Source: a virus (lineage: Duplodnaviria > Caudoviricetes). Taken from it: DNA of 46,045 nucleotides. The notes under the pieces were generated by a model that worked only from the letters and a program-made list of their open reading frames with translations, was not told the origin of the DNA and ran no database searches. Both the position numbers and the translations under genes were made by a program. Location of the stretch: positions 1 to 46,045 of the IMG/VR virus record IMGVR_UViG_3300037467_000747, one strand, 5' to 3'. Within the stretch, counting starts at the first letter, position 1. Each line of letters starts with the position of its first letter. Positions 23,888 through 33,834 of this stretch are shown in pieces.

Positions 23888-24278
23888 TCACCGCCTTACT
23901 ACCGGCGGCGAGGTTCCAGATGTCGATGAAGCGGGCAACCACCCACAGCATGAACGAACCGAACAGAAGCCCGAATGTGATACGCGCAGGATTGGGTTCC
24001 GTCAGCCCACTGATGGTGAGGACAAGGAACAGCATCAAGAACACGAACGAGATCGCGGGAATCCCGACGAACTCGCCCAGCCACCAGTCGGTTAACACCC
24101 CCAGCAGGCAGAACGCGCCACCCGCGAACAACAGGATCGCCCACGCATACACCATGACCCCGAGGGCAGTGGTGAGGACTGCGGACGAGATGAAGAACAT
24201 CGCCGCGCCGGCCAGGGTGAGGAAGACGTATTTGCCGATCCTCACGCCCCGCCGGTACTTCGGAGGTATCAGCCGCAT
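23877..24278 (-). CDS. Four-TM membrane protein (holin-like)
   Basis: Four hydrophobic helices. Confidence 0.7.
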   Translation of the reverse strand: MRLIPPKYRRGVRIGKYVFLTLAGAAMFFISSAVLTTALGVMVYAWAILLFAGGAFCLLGVLTDWWLGEFVGIPAISFVFLMLFLVLTISGLTEPNPARITFGLLFGSFMLWVVARFIDIWNLAAGSKAVNGE

Positions 24279-24316
24279 TGCCCCACCGTCCCCAGGGTTC
24301 GCATCGGTGGGGCAGG

Positions 24317-24586
24317 TCAGGGGGTTGCTACTGCCTGCACCGCCGACAGGATCTGCGCGTCGTCGATCACGTCAGTCCGCGCACCTGTGTCAGGGTTCGA
24401 GTTGACGTTGTAGGTGCCCTTCGCGTAGTCCCAGTCTGCAGCCCAGCCCGGCTGGGAAACGATCTTCCACAAGTTCGAGGCAGTCCAGCTCTCAGGGTTG
24501 TCGATGCCTTCCTGCGCTACGCAGGCGACGATCCGCATCCGCAGAGAGTTGGACTGTGCCATTTCGACGACGCTGCTGTAGGACAT
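24317..24586 (-). CDS. Small protein following the tail tip/fiber gene
   Basis: Position; MSY......A....L..R..AC.A.E...VIDDAQILSAVQA pattern. Confidence 0.7.
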   Translation of the reverse strand: MSYSSVVEMAQSNSLRMRIVACVAQEGIDNPESWTASNLWKIVSQPGWAADWDYAKGTYNVNSNPDTGARTDVIDDAQILSAVQAVATP

Positions 24587-24593
24587 GCCGCTC

Positions 24594-27332
24594 CTATTCG
24601 AAGACCATCACAGTGATGGTGGTGTGTGAGCTGTTCACCCGGACTGCATTTGATGTGGTGAGATGAACCCCGCGCAGCTTCAGCGTGTGCGAGCCAGCGG
24701 ACGCCAACGTTCCAACCCAGGTCTGCGACATGGTTCCTCGGTCTGGCACTGTGTTGCTGCCAGTGAAGTTCGCGAACCTGGACTGGTTTGTTGCCCCGTC
24801 CACGCTCAGCTTCCCGGAAGCGATGCTGCTGTTGGCCAGCAGCGCCGAGAAGTAGAACGTGCCAATACACATGTACCTGGCGTTCGGACGGGTCGTCGTG
24901 AACGTGACGGTTGCCCCGGCGACGTCCGTATCGGTCGTGGTGAGGTCCAGGTCACTTGAGGCGATCGCAGTCAGAAGCTGAGTGAGCAACATCGCCACGT
25001 CTGGGCCGCGGAAGATGTCCCCGTCGCCCTCGATCTTGAGGTGCGGGTTCCCCGACCCGTCCACGGCGCTGGTTTTCATGAGCGCTGCGGTGGCGCCGGG
25101 GAAGTTGTTCGTTGCCGGCGGGTTCGTGCCGCTGAATGTGATCGAGTCGCCGACGGTCAACGTGTTCACGCCGTCAGCGGGCAGGGTCTGCCGCCAGTAG
25201 TCGGTGCGGGTGATCGTGCTGAAGTTCGCTAGGTAGAAGCTGACCGCGTTCGGGTCGTCCGTTCCACCGCTGGGGATCGCGGCCGATGTCAACGATGCCC
25301 AGGCGCGTTTCTTCATCGAGAACGTCGCGATCGACCCCATGTCGGTTTCGTGGGTCCCGCCGGTCGCGTTCGTGTCGCGCCATGTCGCGGTGGCGCGGTG
25401 GGTCTTCGGGTCGGTCGTGTCGGTCCAGAAGTACGTGGAGTGCTTGTACACGTAGGCGTTGGCGGCGATGCTCTTAGCGCGGGTCGACCAGAACCTCGAA
25501 CCGTCACCGGTGTCCGCATACGCGATACCGGACATGGAACCCGTGACCACGGAGGCGAACGCCTCGTTGACCTGGTAGGTGCCGGTGTTCGTGAACGGGT
25601 AGGAGTGGGCGCCGTTCTTGGACATGACGACGTACCGGAACGCGCCGAAGTCGAAGTTGCCGCCGAGGATCCCCACCACGGGGCCGGTGAACCCGGAGTT
25701 GGTTCCGGTGTTTACGGTGGAGCTCAGTGCCAGGGTGGTGGCGTTGCGGACCTGGATCCGGTAGCGGTTGTTCGCGTCGTCGAACTCGGCGATGAGAATG
25801 TTCGTGCCGTCAGTTCCGATGGCTGCTACTCCGAGCCCGTTGGCGAAGTCACCACCAGACCCGAACGCCACGCCGATCGGCGTGTAGGTGACTTGTGTCT
25901 GCCGCACCCCGGAGGAGTTGTAGCGGCTGATGAACCATTGATAGCCCGCGCCCTCGACCGCCAGCCAGCCGAGCGTGTACCAGTCCGTGCCGATCTGGGT
26001 CAGGCCACCCCACGGATGCGGTTCGGGTGAGGTGCCTAATTGGAGCTGGGCGTTCGTGGTCCGGTTGATCCACGCCGTAGGGTTTCCGCCGAAATCGGCG
26101 GAGTCGATGACGACGTTCCATTCGCTGTTCGCTCTGACAAGCCCGTAGCCGCCACTGAGAGGGTTGGCGACAGTGAAGATGGGCCACCCCACCACCACTG
26201 TCGGTGCCGAGGTGGGCGCGGTGGTGCCCTGCTGCAGAGTGAGGGTCCCGCCCTTGGAGATCTCGGTGCCGTTCCGGAACGCTGCGGAACCGGTGACGGT
26301 GAGGTTCGTGGCCTCCACGTCACCCTTGAACACGTTCGAGTCGCCCAGCACCGCGGTCGGTGAACCGGTCGAGTCGTAGCGGGCTAGGTCCTGCGCGATA
26401 TCCAGGCCCGCGCCGGTGCCGCCGCCGCGGGTCGTGATCGTCGACGACAACGTCACATCAGCGGTGAGAGTGCCTGCGGTCAGCTGGTCGACGGAGATCT
26501 CACCGGCGTACACGTAGTCGGCGGCGATGTCAGGGGTTGTTGCCTGCACCAACTGTGTCGACGCCTCAGCCGATGCACTCGCTGCGCCGTCGACGTCGGA
26601 GGCGATGATCTTGTAGTAGTAGGTGGCGGTGTAGTCAGGTGGTGAGGGCCGGTGGGTGTACGACGATCCCGTGGTCGCCACCAGCAGGTTCCCGGGGCCA
26701 GGGGTGAACCCGGTGGTGGTGGAGCCGTACAGCGAGTAGGTGACGGTGTCGTGGTTGCTGATCGGCACCCAGCGCACCGAGACGAAACCGACCCCACCCA
26801 CCAGTACCGGGGTCGGGCTGCTCGCGGGAGGGAGCCCGTCGGACGGTGACGCCGGCAGGGTGGTTTCGTCGATGAACGACCCGTCGATGACCGGCTGCTT
26901 CCCGAGGACATCGGTGATGACGAAACGGTCGTCGATCCGGTCGAACAGCACCGTCTCCCGCGCGCCCTCTTCCCGGATCCCTTCGGGGATGCGGTCCATC
27001 AACGCGTGCGGCACCAGGACCGTCAACGCGTCCTCGGTGTTGGGCACCATGACGAGAGCGGTCTTCTCCACCACCGTCGGTGTGACGTCGACCCGGGTTT
27101 GTGCGGTCGCCGCGCCGGTCAGCCCGGTGGCGAGGGTGATGGTGAGTGTGTCGAAGTTCGCGGCAGTGTAGGTGTAGGTGACGCCGTTCAGCATCAGAGA
27201 TCCGCCGTCTTCGTTGAAGTCGACGATCGAATCCACCACAAGCGACGTGGCCGACAGCGCGGCGTCGGCAGCGAGGTAGCCGCCGAGGGACGCCGACTGC
27301 GCCGAATGGATCAAACCGAGATCGGTCACCAT
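24594..27332 (-). CDS. Large minor tail/receptor-binding protein
   Basis: FN3-like segment (YYYKIIASDVDG), beta-rich central domain, C-terminal H-type-lectin-like end. Confidence 0.8.
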   Translation of the reverse strand: MVTDLGLIHSAQSASLGGYLAADAALSATSLVVDSIVDFNEDGGSLMLNGVTYTYTAANFDTLTITLATGLTGAATAQTRVDVTPTVVEKTALVMVPNTEDALTVLVPHALMDRIPEGIREEGARETVLFDRIDDRFVITDVLGKQPVIDGSFIDETTLPASPSDGLPPASSPTPVLVGGVGFVSVRWVPISNHDTVTYSLYGSTTTGFTPGPGNLLVATTGSSYTHRPSPPDYTATYYYKIIASDVDGAASASAEASTQLVQATTPDIAADYVYAGEISVDQLTAGTLTADVTLSSTITTRGGGTGAGLDIAQDLARYDSTGSPTAVLGDSNVFKGDVEATNLTVTGSAAFRNGTEISKGGTLTLQQGTTAPTSAPTVVVGWPIFTVANPLSGGYGLVRANSEWNVVIDSADFGGNPTAWINRTTNAQLQLGTSPEPHPWGGLTQIGTDWYTLGWLAVEGAGYQWFISRYNSSGVRQTQVTYTPIGVAFGSGGDFANGLGVAAIGTDGTNILIAEFDDANNRYRIQVRNATTLALSSTVNTGTNSGFTGPVVGILGGNFDFGAFRYVVMSKNGAHSYPFTNTGTYQVNEAFASVVTGSMSGIAYADTGDGSRFWSTRAKSIAANAYVYKHSTYFWTDTTDPKTHRATATWRDTNATGGTHETDMGSIATFSMKKRAWASLTSAAIPSGGTDDPNAVSFYLANFSTITRTDYWRQTLPADGVNTLTVGDSITFSGTNPPATNNFPGATAALMKTSAVDGSGNPHLKIEGDGDIFRGPDVAMLLTQLLTAIASSDLDLTTTDTDVAGATVTFTTTRPNARYMCIGTFYFSALLANSSIASGKLSVDGATNQSRFANFTGSNTVPDRGTMSQTWVGTLASAGSHTLKLRGVHLTTSNAVRVNSSHTTITVMVFE

Positions 27333-28510
27333 GCACTCCTTGCCCATCCACGCTTCGGCCGGAAACCCCTACTGGTCACGACCGGCCGCAGAGGATAAAC
27401 ACCGAGCCGCTTCAGGTACCCGATGCTCATGACACCCCCGGCGGTGAGCGGGATGGAAAACTTCGTGGCACGGAATGCGCTGGATGCTTGGTCGGTGTCG
27501 AACCGGCACACGTCCATCGGTTCCAGGTGCGGCAGCGGGAATGCGTCGAACTGAACGTCCACCGACTGCAGCAGCTTCGACGCGAGGATGGATTTGGCGA
27601 AGCCTTCCGCCTCGAGCTTCGACCAGATGGTGTTGTTCTCGTACACCTCGAGCAGATATCTGGGGACACCGTTGCGGCCGAGCTTGGTCGGAGACAGTGG
27701 GTGGGCTGCTTGTGCGATCGCGGTGGCGCGGACAGCGTTCGCGCCCCGCACATAGACGACGTTCTTCAGGTCATCGAGGGTGTAGGAGATCTTCGGAGTG
27801 GTGAGGATCGACCCGCCGTTGCCCTGCTTGAACCGGAACACCGACGACTGTGGGCGGGGCCTCAATCGGCAGACGCCGCGGCCGTCGTAGAACAACTGCA
27901 GCCCCATCCCCGTAGCGACGTGCTTGGCGACACCCCACGGCGTGTTCGTCATGCCGATCGCGTAATCGGACGGGAGCTGCGCCGTGTACTCGGGGAACGA
28001 GAACTTCGTCTCCCCGGCCCGGGTCTGCAGGATCGACTGGATGACGTCGACCTTGCGCCACCCCTTCGGGTAGGTGCGCGGGGTCCACACCTGCCCCATG
28101 CCGAGAAGTTCTTTGCCTTGGCATTCGACGTTGATGATCGCGTCGTCCCGGTCGAGCTTCGTGATCGGCCCGGTGAACACGGGGATCGTCACCCACGTCG
28201 CACCAGTGGTGGCGGCCTTCACGGAGTAGTTGACCTGGATCATCCGGTCCACGTACATGGCGCCGTCATCGGGACTGTCGGAATCCAGCGTGACGCTGCG
28301 GTTCGGGTCCAGCAGCGACAAGGTGCAGGAGCGGGTGATGTCGGCGTCCGCGTCAACGTTCACCTGGCCGTCGAGCAATCTCCAGGTCAGGTCGGAGAGC
28401 TTCGCGCCGGCCAGGTTCAGCAAGGTCACGGTCACGTGGATGGAATGGTGATCCACCAACGTGGCGTGCAGCGCCGTCTGCTGAGCAGCGGTCAAACCCA
28501 GGGGAATCAC
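27326..28510 (-). CDS. Minor tail protein (baseplate hub/Tal-like, DUF5047-like N-terminus)
   Basis: DGQVNVDADADITRSCTL.L, LFYDGRG, YTLDDLKNVV.V.G motifs; GTG start at 28510. Confidence 0.75.
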   Translation of the reverse strand: MIPLGLTAAQQTALHATLVDHHSIHVTVTLLNLAGAKLSDLTWRLLDGQVNVDADADITRSCTLSLLDPNRSVTLDSDSPDDGAMYVDRMIQVNYSVKAATTGATWVTIPVFTGPITKLDRDDAIINVECQGKELLGMGQVWTPRTYPKGWRKVDVIQSILQTRAGETKFSFPEYTAQLPSDYAIGMTNTPWGVAKHVATGMGLQLFYDGRGVCRLRPRPQSSVFRFKQGNGGSILTTPKISYTLDDLKNVVYVRGANAVRATAIAQAAHPLSPTKLGRNGVPRYLLEVYENNTIWSKLEAEGFAKSILASKLLQSVDVQFDAFPLPHLEPMDVCRFDTDQASSAFRATKFSIPLTAGGVMSIGYLKRLGVYPLRPVVTSRGFRPKRGWARSAW

Positions 28511-30336
28511 AGGTCCGCCTCGAACGGGGGCGTCGTTGCCCAGAAGTCGAACGAGACACGCTTGCGGAGCTCGGGTTCCGGGATGGGTGCCACCACCAGG
28601 TTCCCGATCACCACGGGGATGGTGAAGTTCCCGCCCGTCGGGGTCAGCAGGTAGGTGCGGCCAGGTGTGGACTTCAACGTCCACAAATTGGCTTCCTGCG
28701 CCGCAACAGTCCCGAGCGAGGTGGCCATGATCGACCCGGAGATACTGCCCTCATAGCCCCGCAGAGCTTGCGTGACCCGGATCCCGCGGGAACCCCCGAC
28801 CGGGGTGTAGGTCTCGGCGACCTCCCCCATTCCCCAACTGCCCGGGTCGCGGTCGAACAGCTGAATGTAGATGCCGCGCTCGAGATCCTGCAGCCAGGTT
28901 CCGACCGGGTTCAGCGTCTTCACCACGGTCGGGTTGGACGCGGAGGTTTTCCCGTTCACCACCGCCTGGACCGACCATGTCACCGACTTGCGCGGGTCGG
29001 CGCCGCGGTCGGTGTAGGCGTAGTTCGTGCCGCCCGTCGACAGGGAAGCGGGCGTGAGGTTGGAGGCGATGATCACGCCGTCGCGGCGGACCAGGAACGT
29101 GTCCGGTGCCGTGGACCTCGACCACGTCAACGTGACCGCCGGCTGCGGGGTGAGGTCGGTCGCCGCCAACGACGTGACCGGTGAAACCGTGGCGTCGTAG
29201 TTGTACGTGAACGCCTGGGTCGCCTGCACGTACGGCGGATCGTTCGGGGTCGACTCGCGGGAGATCGTGTCCCACGTTCTGACGTACGCCGTGTAGCTGG
29301 TGTCGTCCTTCAGGATCCCGTCCGGGAGAGTCCGGGACGTGGTGGCGCCGGTGATCTTCCCAGTGTTGTAGACGATCGTTGACCCGTGGGTGATGAACAC
29401 CTGGTACGCGGCCTGGGTCCTACTGGTCAATGCCCAGTTGATCGGTGGGGTCGGTTCGCTGATCAACCCCGTGCCCGGAGGATTGCTGATCGCCAGCGTG
29501 CCTTGGGTTTGGCGCTGGAACTGCGCACCCTGCGACCAGTCCGACCACAGTCCCGCGCCGTCCTGGACACGGACCCGCCAATACGTTGACGACCCCGACG
29601 CGAGTCCCGCATAGGCGGTGGTGGACAGGTCGAGCTGCGCGTCCGAGGTGAGGACCGTGCCGGAGTCGAAGGTCGGGGAGGTCCACACGTTGGTGGCGTT
29701 GACTTGTACCTGCACTGCCTGCAGCAGTGTGTTGCCGGCGTCGTCGGTGAAGTCGAATCTGAGGATCGGCTTCGACAGCGACACGGCCCGGTTCCCGGAC
29801 GGTGATAACGTCGACGGCGCCTGGGGCTTGTCCGAGTAGGTGATCTCCAGGACCGGCTTCAGGGTCGCTGCCTGCGTGGAGTAGAACGACAGGTACTCGT
29901 CGGTCGTGGAGACAAGCTTCCACCCGTACCACGCCGTGTTGCCGTCGGCAATCAACTGGATGTGGGCGGTGACATCGAACGCCCACTCTGCGCCACCCGA
30001 ACCGGCCCCTTGGGTCTTGACGACCTGACCGGTAGAGGTGGACGCGGGCTGGTTGTTCCACGTCACCGTCGACACGTTCCATGCCGCGGTGACGCGCTGC
30101 AGGTTGATCGTGTGCGACCCGGCCTCCGTACCGACCTGGTACAGCTTCAGGGTCGCGGAGACGATCGTGACACCGAACGGGAACCCGCGAGCAAAGTAGA
30201 TCAGCCCATTCACCTGGGAACCGGTGCCGGTCGCCTTGGTGAGGATGCTCGTGGCCCCGGCATAGTTCGCTGCCGGGACACCCGCGACCACATAGGTGTC
30301 GTTGGCGTTCCGCAACGTGACAGGGGTCAGGCTCAC
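28507..30336 (-). CDS. Minor tail protein (Dit position) with N-terminal DNRLRE/CBM96-like domain and Ig/FN3 repeats
   Basis: DTYV...IVSATLKLY...AWNVSTVTWNNQP; YWRVRVQD..GLWSDWS; directly after TMP. Confidence 0.75.
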   Translation of the reverse strand: MSLTPVTLRNANDTYVVAGVPAANYAGATSILTKATGTGSQVNGLIYFARGFPFGVTIVSATLKLYQVGTEAGSHTINLQRVTAAWNVSTVTWNNQPASTSTGQVVKTQGAGSGGAEWAFDVTAHIQLIADGNTAWYGWKLVSTTDEYLSFYSTQAATLKPVLEITYSDKPQAPSTLSPSGNRAVSLSKPILRFDFTDDAGNTLLQAVQVQVNATNVWTSPTFDSGTVLTSDAQLDLSTTAYAGLASGSSTYWRVRVQDGAGLWSDWSQGAQFQRQTQGTLAISNPPGTGLISEPTPPINWALTSRTQAAYQVFITHGSTIVYNTGKITGATTSRTLPDGILKDDTSYTAYVRTWDTISRESTPNDPPYVQATQAFTYNYDATVSPVTSLAATDLTPQPAVTLTWSRSTAPDTFLVRRDGVIIASNLTPASLSTGGTNYAYTDRGADPRKSVTWSVQAVVNGKTSASNPTVVKTLNPVGTWLQDLERGIYIQLFDRDPGSWGMGEVAETYTPVGGSRGIRVTQALRGYEGSISGSIMATSLGTVAAQEANLWTLKSTPGRTYLLTPTGGNFTIPVVIGNLVVAPIPEPELRKRVSFDFWATTPPFEADL

Positions 30337-30349
30337 GGGGTCACCCCTC

Positions 30350-33172
30350 TCATCGGTGCATCCGGCCTACGGTCCCGGTGAACTCTCCGCTGGCGTCGAT
30401 CTCGCCGCGCACCACCCGCACCACTTCGTCCCCGATGTAGATCGGGATGGTGATGGGTGTGCGCAGTCCCGCTTCCTGCTCGGCGGTGCGGACCGTCTCG
30501 GTTCGCCCGGACGTGTTCGCCGCGAGCGTCCCCGACCTCCACCGGCCACCGGTGTCGAACGTGTCGATACCGAGGTCGTTGGCCATCTGCCTGGTGACCC
30601 TGCCGCCGTTGGCGAAACCCTTCACGTGGGCACGGTTCGTGAACAGCGAGCTCCGGGCGCCGCGGGCATTCTTGCCCATGCGGACACCGACGCCGCCGGC
30701 GGACTCGATGTTGGTGCCGTTCACAGTAGCGGCAGTGTGGCCCGGGTTGCCCTTGAACCATCCCACCTCGAACGCCCCGGGACCGGACGCGAACATCGAC
30801 CACGGCATCGACCCTGTAGCACCGAGCCGGCTGTACGGGTTCCTACCCCTGGCGACGTTGATCGCGGCCGAGATGAGACCGGAGCAGTCGTACCCGTTGG
30901 GTCCGACACCGCCCCAGATGTAGGGCTTCCCGACCTGCGACCTCACGAACTTCAGCACACCGTCGAGGGTGGGGTTGAACTTCGCGAGAGCGTTCCCCAG
31001 GGTTTGCGCGATCGGCCGCGCCACCGCCACGGCCACGGATGCGATGCTTGAGATCGATCTCCCGAAGTAGGGGAAGTCACCCTTCACCCCGACGTCGACC
31101 GGGCCGCCCTTCGCGTACCGCAGGACGGCTTTGCGCATCGACTCGACCGCGCCGTGACCACCGGCCTTCTGGACCTCCTTCGCGGTCCACACATGCTCGC
31201 CGTTCGACAGCATCGCCGGGATCGAATCCGACGTACCACTACCGGGACCGAACACGCCACCACCGGTGGCGAACGCGCCAGCCAACCTGCGGTCATTGGC
31301 GTTCTTGTTCTTCCGGGCCTCCTGTGCCGCCAGAACAACCGGGGTGATCTTGATCGTCTGGTCGCTGATCCCGGCCAGCTTCGCATTGACGGAGTCACGG
31401 AACTTCCCGAACTCGGTAGCTGCCGCCTTCAGTTTGTCACCTAGGCCAGGGACCCAGCCGAACGCCTTCGCAGCGCCCTTGATCATGGTCTCGATGAATC
31501 CGAGGAAGAAATCGATCACGTACTGCAGAGCCGCGCGTGCGGGTTCCTTGATGGCGTTCCATACGCTCGCCAGGATGCGGCCGAAGTCCTGCGCCCGCTC
31601 CCACGCGAACTTCAGCGCCTCCCAGAACGCCTTCAGGATCGGTTTCGCGTAGTAGTTCCACCACAGCGAGAAGACGCCAATCACGATGTCGATGGCGGCC
31701 TTCACCAGCGGCGCGAAGAACTGGGCCGCCTTGCGGATCCCATCGAACGCGCCCTGCAGGATGTCGCGGAACTTCTCGCTGTGCTTGTAGGCGTAGATCA
31801 GCCCCCCCACCAGTGCGGCGATCGCGATCACCACAAGGCCGATCGGGTTCGCGGACATCACCAGGTTCAGTACACCCTGGACCACGGCCCATGCCTTCAT
31901 GGCGGTGATCACGGTGAGGATCACCGCGGCGAACGGGACCAGGAAGTCCTTCGAAGCCAGCACCTTGTCGGCGAACGTCTTGATCGGCGGCAGCACCTTG
32001 TCGTTGAGGAAACCGGCGAAGTCCTTCAGGCGCGGGAGGACTTCGGTCTTGAAGAACCCGAACACGTCCTTCGCCGCAGGCGCCAGTTCATCACGCAACC
32101 GCTGCACAAGCCCCGCCACGGCCGGCGCCACGGTGTTCACCAGGAACCCGCCGAACTCCTTCAAGCGGGGCAGGACTTCGGTCTTGAAGAAGCCGAACGC
32201 CGCGATCGCCCCGTCCCGGACACGGAACAGGAAGTCGACGAACCCGGAGTCCTCTGAGACGCCGAACGCTTCCCGGAATCCCTTGGTGAAGTCGCCCTTG
32301 AAGATCAGCGACGCCAGCGCCGACACGGCAGGGATCGCCTTGTCGCTGACCCAGTTCGCGAACTTCTCTGCGGTCGGCAACAGGTGGCCGCCGAGTTCCT
32401 CGCCGAGGTTCCCGAAGATCGTCTTCAACCGGGTGAACGGGTCGCCCGCCGCAGCAGCAGCGCCACCGAACTCGGTCTGCAGTTCCTTCAGGATGATCTT
32501 CTGGGCATCCATCGTCTTACCGGACTCAACCAGGGTCTTGATCTGTTCCTTCTGCTTATCGGTGAACGACACCCCGACCTTCTGCAACGCGGTGACACCC
32601 TTGATCGGGTTGTTCAACGCCTTACCCAGTTGGATCGAGGCGGCCTTCACCCCGTTCGCCGACACCTCGCCACCGTTCAGTGCAGCGGCCATGTCGGTCA
32701 CTGTCGAGGTGGCCTGGTTGAAAATGTCGTTGCCCTTGCCGACCTCGTTACGGATCCCGGTGAAGGTGAGCAGCAGGTTCGCGCCAGATTGGATCGTTTC
32801 GTCATCCGCCCCGCTCTTGTTACTGATCGCGGTCGCCAAGTCCCCGACCTGGCTGGCGGTGATCTTCGCCGCGCCACCGGTGGACTTGATCGCGGCAGCG
32901 GTGAGACGAGACACCCGCGCGGAATCGGCAGCGTCCTTGATGAACCCGCCGAACACCTGCGCCCCCTTGATCGCGGCGAACGCACCCACGAACAGGCCGG
33001 CGGACCGCTTGACGATCCCACCGAACGCGCCATTGAAGCCAACACCGAAGCGGCCGGCGACCTGCGAGCCTTCCTTCTTCGCGTCGATCGCCGCTAGTTT
33101 CTTCTTCACCTCCGGCCCGAACTTGTCGGTATCCGGCTTGACTGTGACGAAGACTTCGGTGAGAGCGGTCAT
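30350..33172 (-). CDS. Tape measure protein with C-terminal NlpC/P60 domain
   Basis: Ala/Gly-rich helical repeats; GPGSGTSDSIPAMLSNGE; GKPYIWGG.GP.GYDCSGL...H. Confidence 0.95.
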   Translation of the reverse strand: MTALTEVFVTVKPDTDKFGPEVKKKLAAIDAKKEGSQVAGRFGVGFNGAFGGIVKRSAGLFVGAFAAIKGAQVFGGFIKDAADSARVSRLTAAAIKSTGGAAKITASQVGDLATAISNKSGADDETIQSGANLLLTFTGIRNEVGKGNDIFNQATSTVTDMAAALNGGEVSANGVKAASIQLGKALNNPIKGVTALQKVGVSFTDKQKEQIKTLVESGKTMDAQKIILKELQTEFGGAAAAAGDPFTRLKTIFGNLGEELGGHLLPTAEKFANWVSDKAIPAVSALASLIFKGDFTKGFREAFGVSEDSGFVDFLFRVRDGAIAAFGFFKTEVLPRLKEFGGFLVNTVAPAVAGLVQRLRDELAPAAKDVFGFFKTEVLPRLKDFAGFLNDKVLPPIKTFADKVLASKDFLVPFAAVILTVITAMKAWAVVQGVLNLVMSANPIGLVVIAIAALVGGLIYAYKHSEKFRDILQGAFDGIRKAAQFFAPLVKAAIDIVIGVFSLWWNYYAKPILKAFWEALKFAWERAQDFGRILASVWNAIKEPARAALQYVIDFFLGFIETMIKGAAKAFGWVPGLGDKLKAAATEFGKFRDSVNAKLAGISDQTIKITPVVLAAQEARKNKNANDRRLAGAFATGGGVFGPGSGTSDSIPAMLSNGEHVWTAKEVQKAGGHGAVESMRKAVLRYAKGGPVDVGVKGDFPYFGRSISSIASVAVAVARPIAQTLGNALAKFNPTLDGVLKFVRSQVGKPYIWGGVGPNGYDCSGLISAAINVARGRNPYSRLGATGSMPWSMFASGPGAFEVGWFKGNPGHTAATVNGTNIESAGGVGVRMGKNARGARSSLFTNRAHVKGFANGGRVTRQMANDLGIDTFDTGGRWRSGTLAANTSGRTETVRTAEQEAGLRTPITIPIYIGDEVVRVVRGEIDASGEFTGTVGRMHR

Positions 33173-33530
33173 AGCGGAGCCACCCCCAACGCAGCCAAGA
33201 GTTGCGCCTTCTCCACATCAACCGGAGGAGGCTCGGACATCAACCAGTCATCGAACTCATCGACCATTTCGCCAGGAACAAGCTTGCCGCCACCAGAGAT
33301 GACGGCAAGCTCTTGCGCCTGTATCTGGTCCACCTGGATCGCGTAGACCACGTCGCACAGATCGGCCAGGGTCAGCCCGTCTGCTGCCGCGCTAGCACCG
33401 CCATCGCCAGATCCGGCCTGCCCTGCGACTTCAAGCGGCGCACCACCTCGAGCGAGGATGAATCTTCCTCGGAGGTAGGCGTGGTTTGCTGCGGCCCATC
33501 CGATGAGGCGGAAGGCCGCGAAGTAGGGCG
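33169..33530 (-). CDS. Tail assembly chaperone -1 frameshift extension (GT-like)
   Basis: -1 frame open from about 33580 to 33169: PYFAAFRLIGWAAANHAYLRGRF... Confidence 0.7.
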
Positions 33531-33833
33531 CTGCGAGAGGACATTCATGGTGTCCTTCACGACCTGCAACAGGTCGTCGTCATCGGCGCGCGTGGCTTCA
33601 GCGTGCTCCTCGAAGCGGACCCACTCGTCGTCGGCGATGCACTGCTGCAGCAGCTTGTACATCGCGACCAGACCCTCCTGGTCGGACGAGTCGACACCTC
33701 GCTGCGCGATCACCGCGAACTTCATCAACGGCATCAGGCCGACCTTGCCAGCCAGACGGAACTCGGCACCGTTGAACGTGATCCGCTGCCCCTCCGGCTC
33801 CGGCGTGGACTCTGCCACGATCTCAAGCGGCAT
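33372..33833 (-). CDS. Tail assembly chaperone (G-like)
   Basis: Between major tail and TMP; ends with low-complexity RPTSRPSASSDG tail. Confidence 0.8.
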   Translation of the reverse strand: MPLEIVAESTPEPEGQRITFNGAEFRLAGKVGLMPLMKFAVIAQRGVDSSDQEGLVAMYKLLQQCIADDEWVRFEEHAEATRADDDDLLQVVKDTMNVLSQRPTSRPSASSDGPQQTTPTSEEDSSSLEVVRRLKSQGRPDLAMAVLARQQTG

Positions 33834-33834
33834 G

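Noticed and set aside
31950-32220. Duplicated FGFFKTEVLPRLK segment in tape measure
   Set aside because: Ordinary internal TMP repeat
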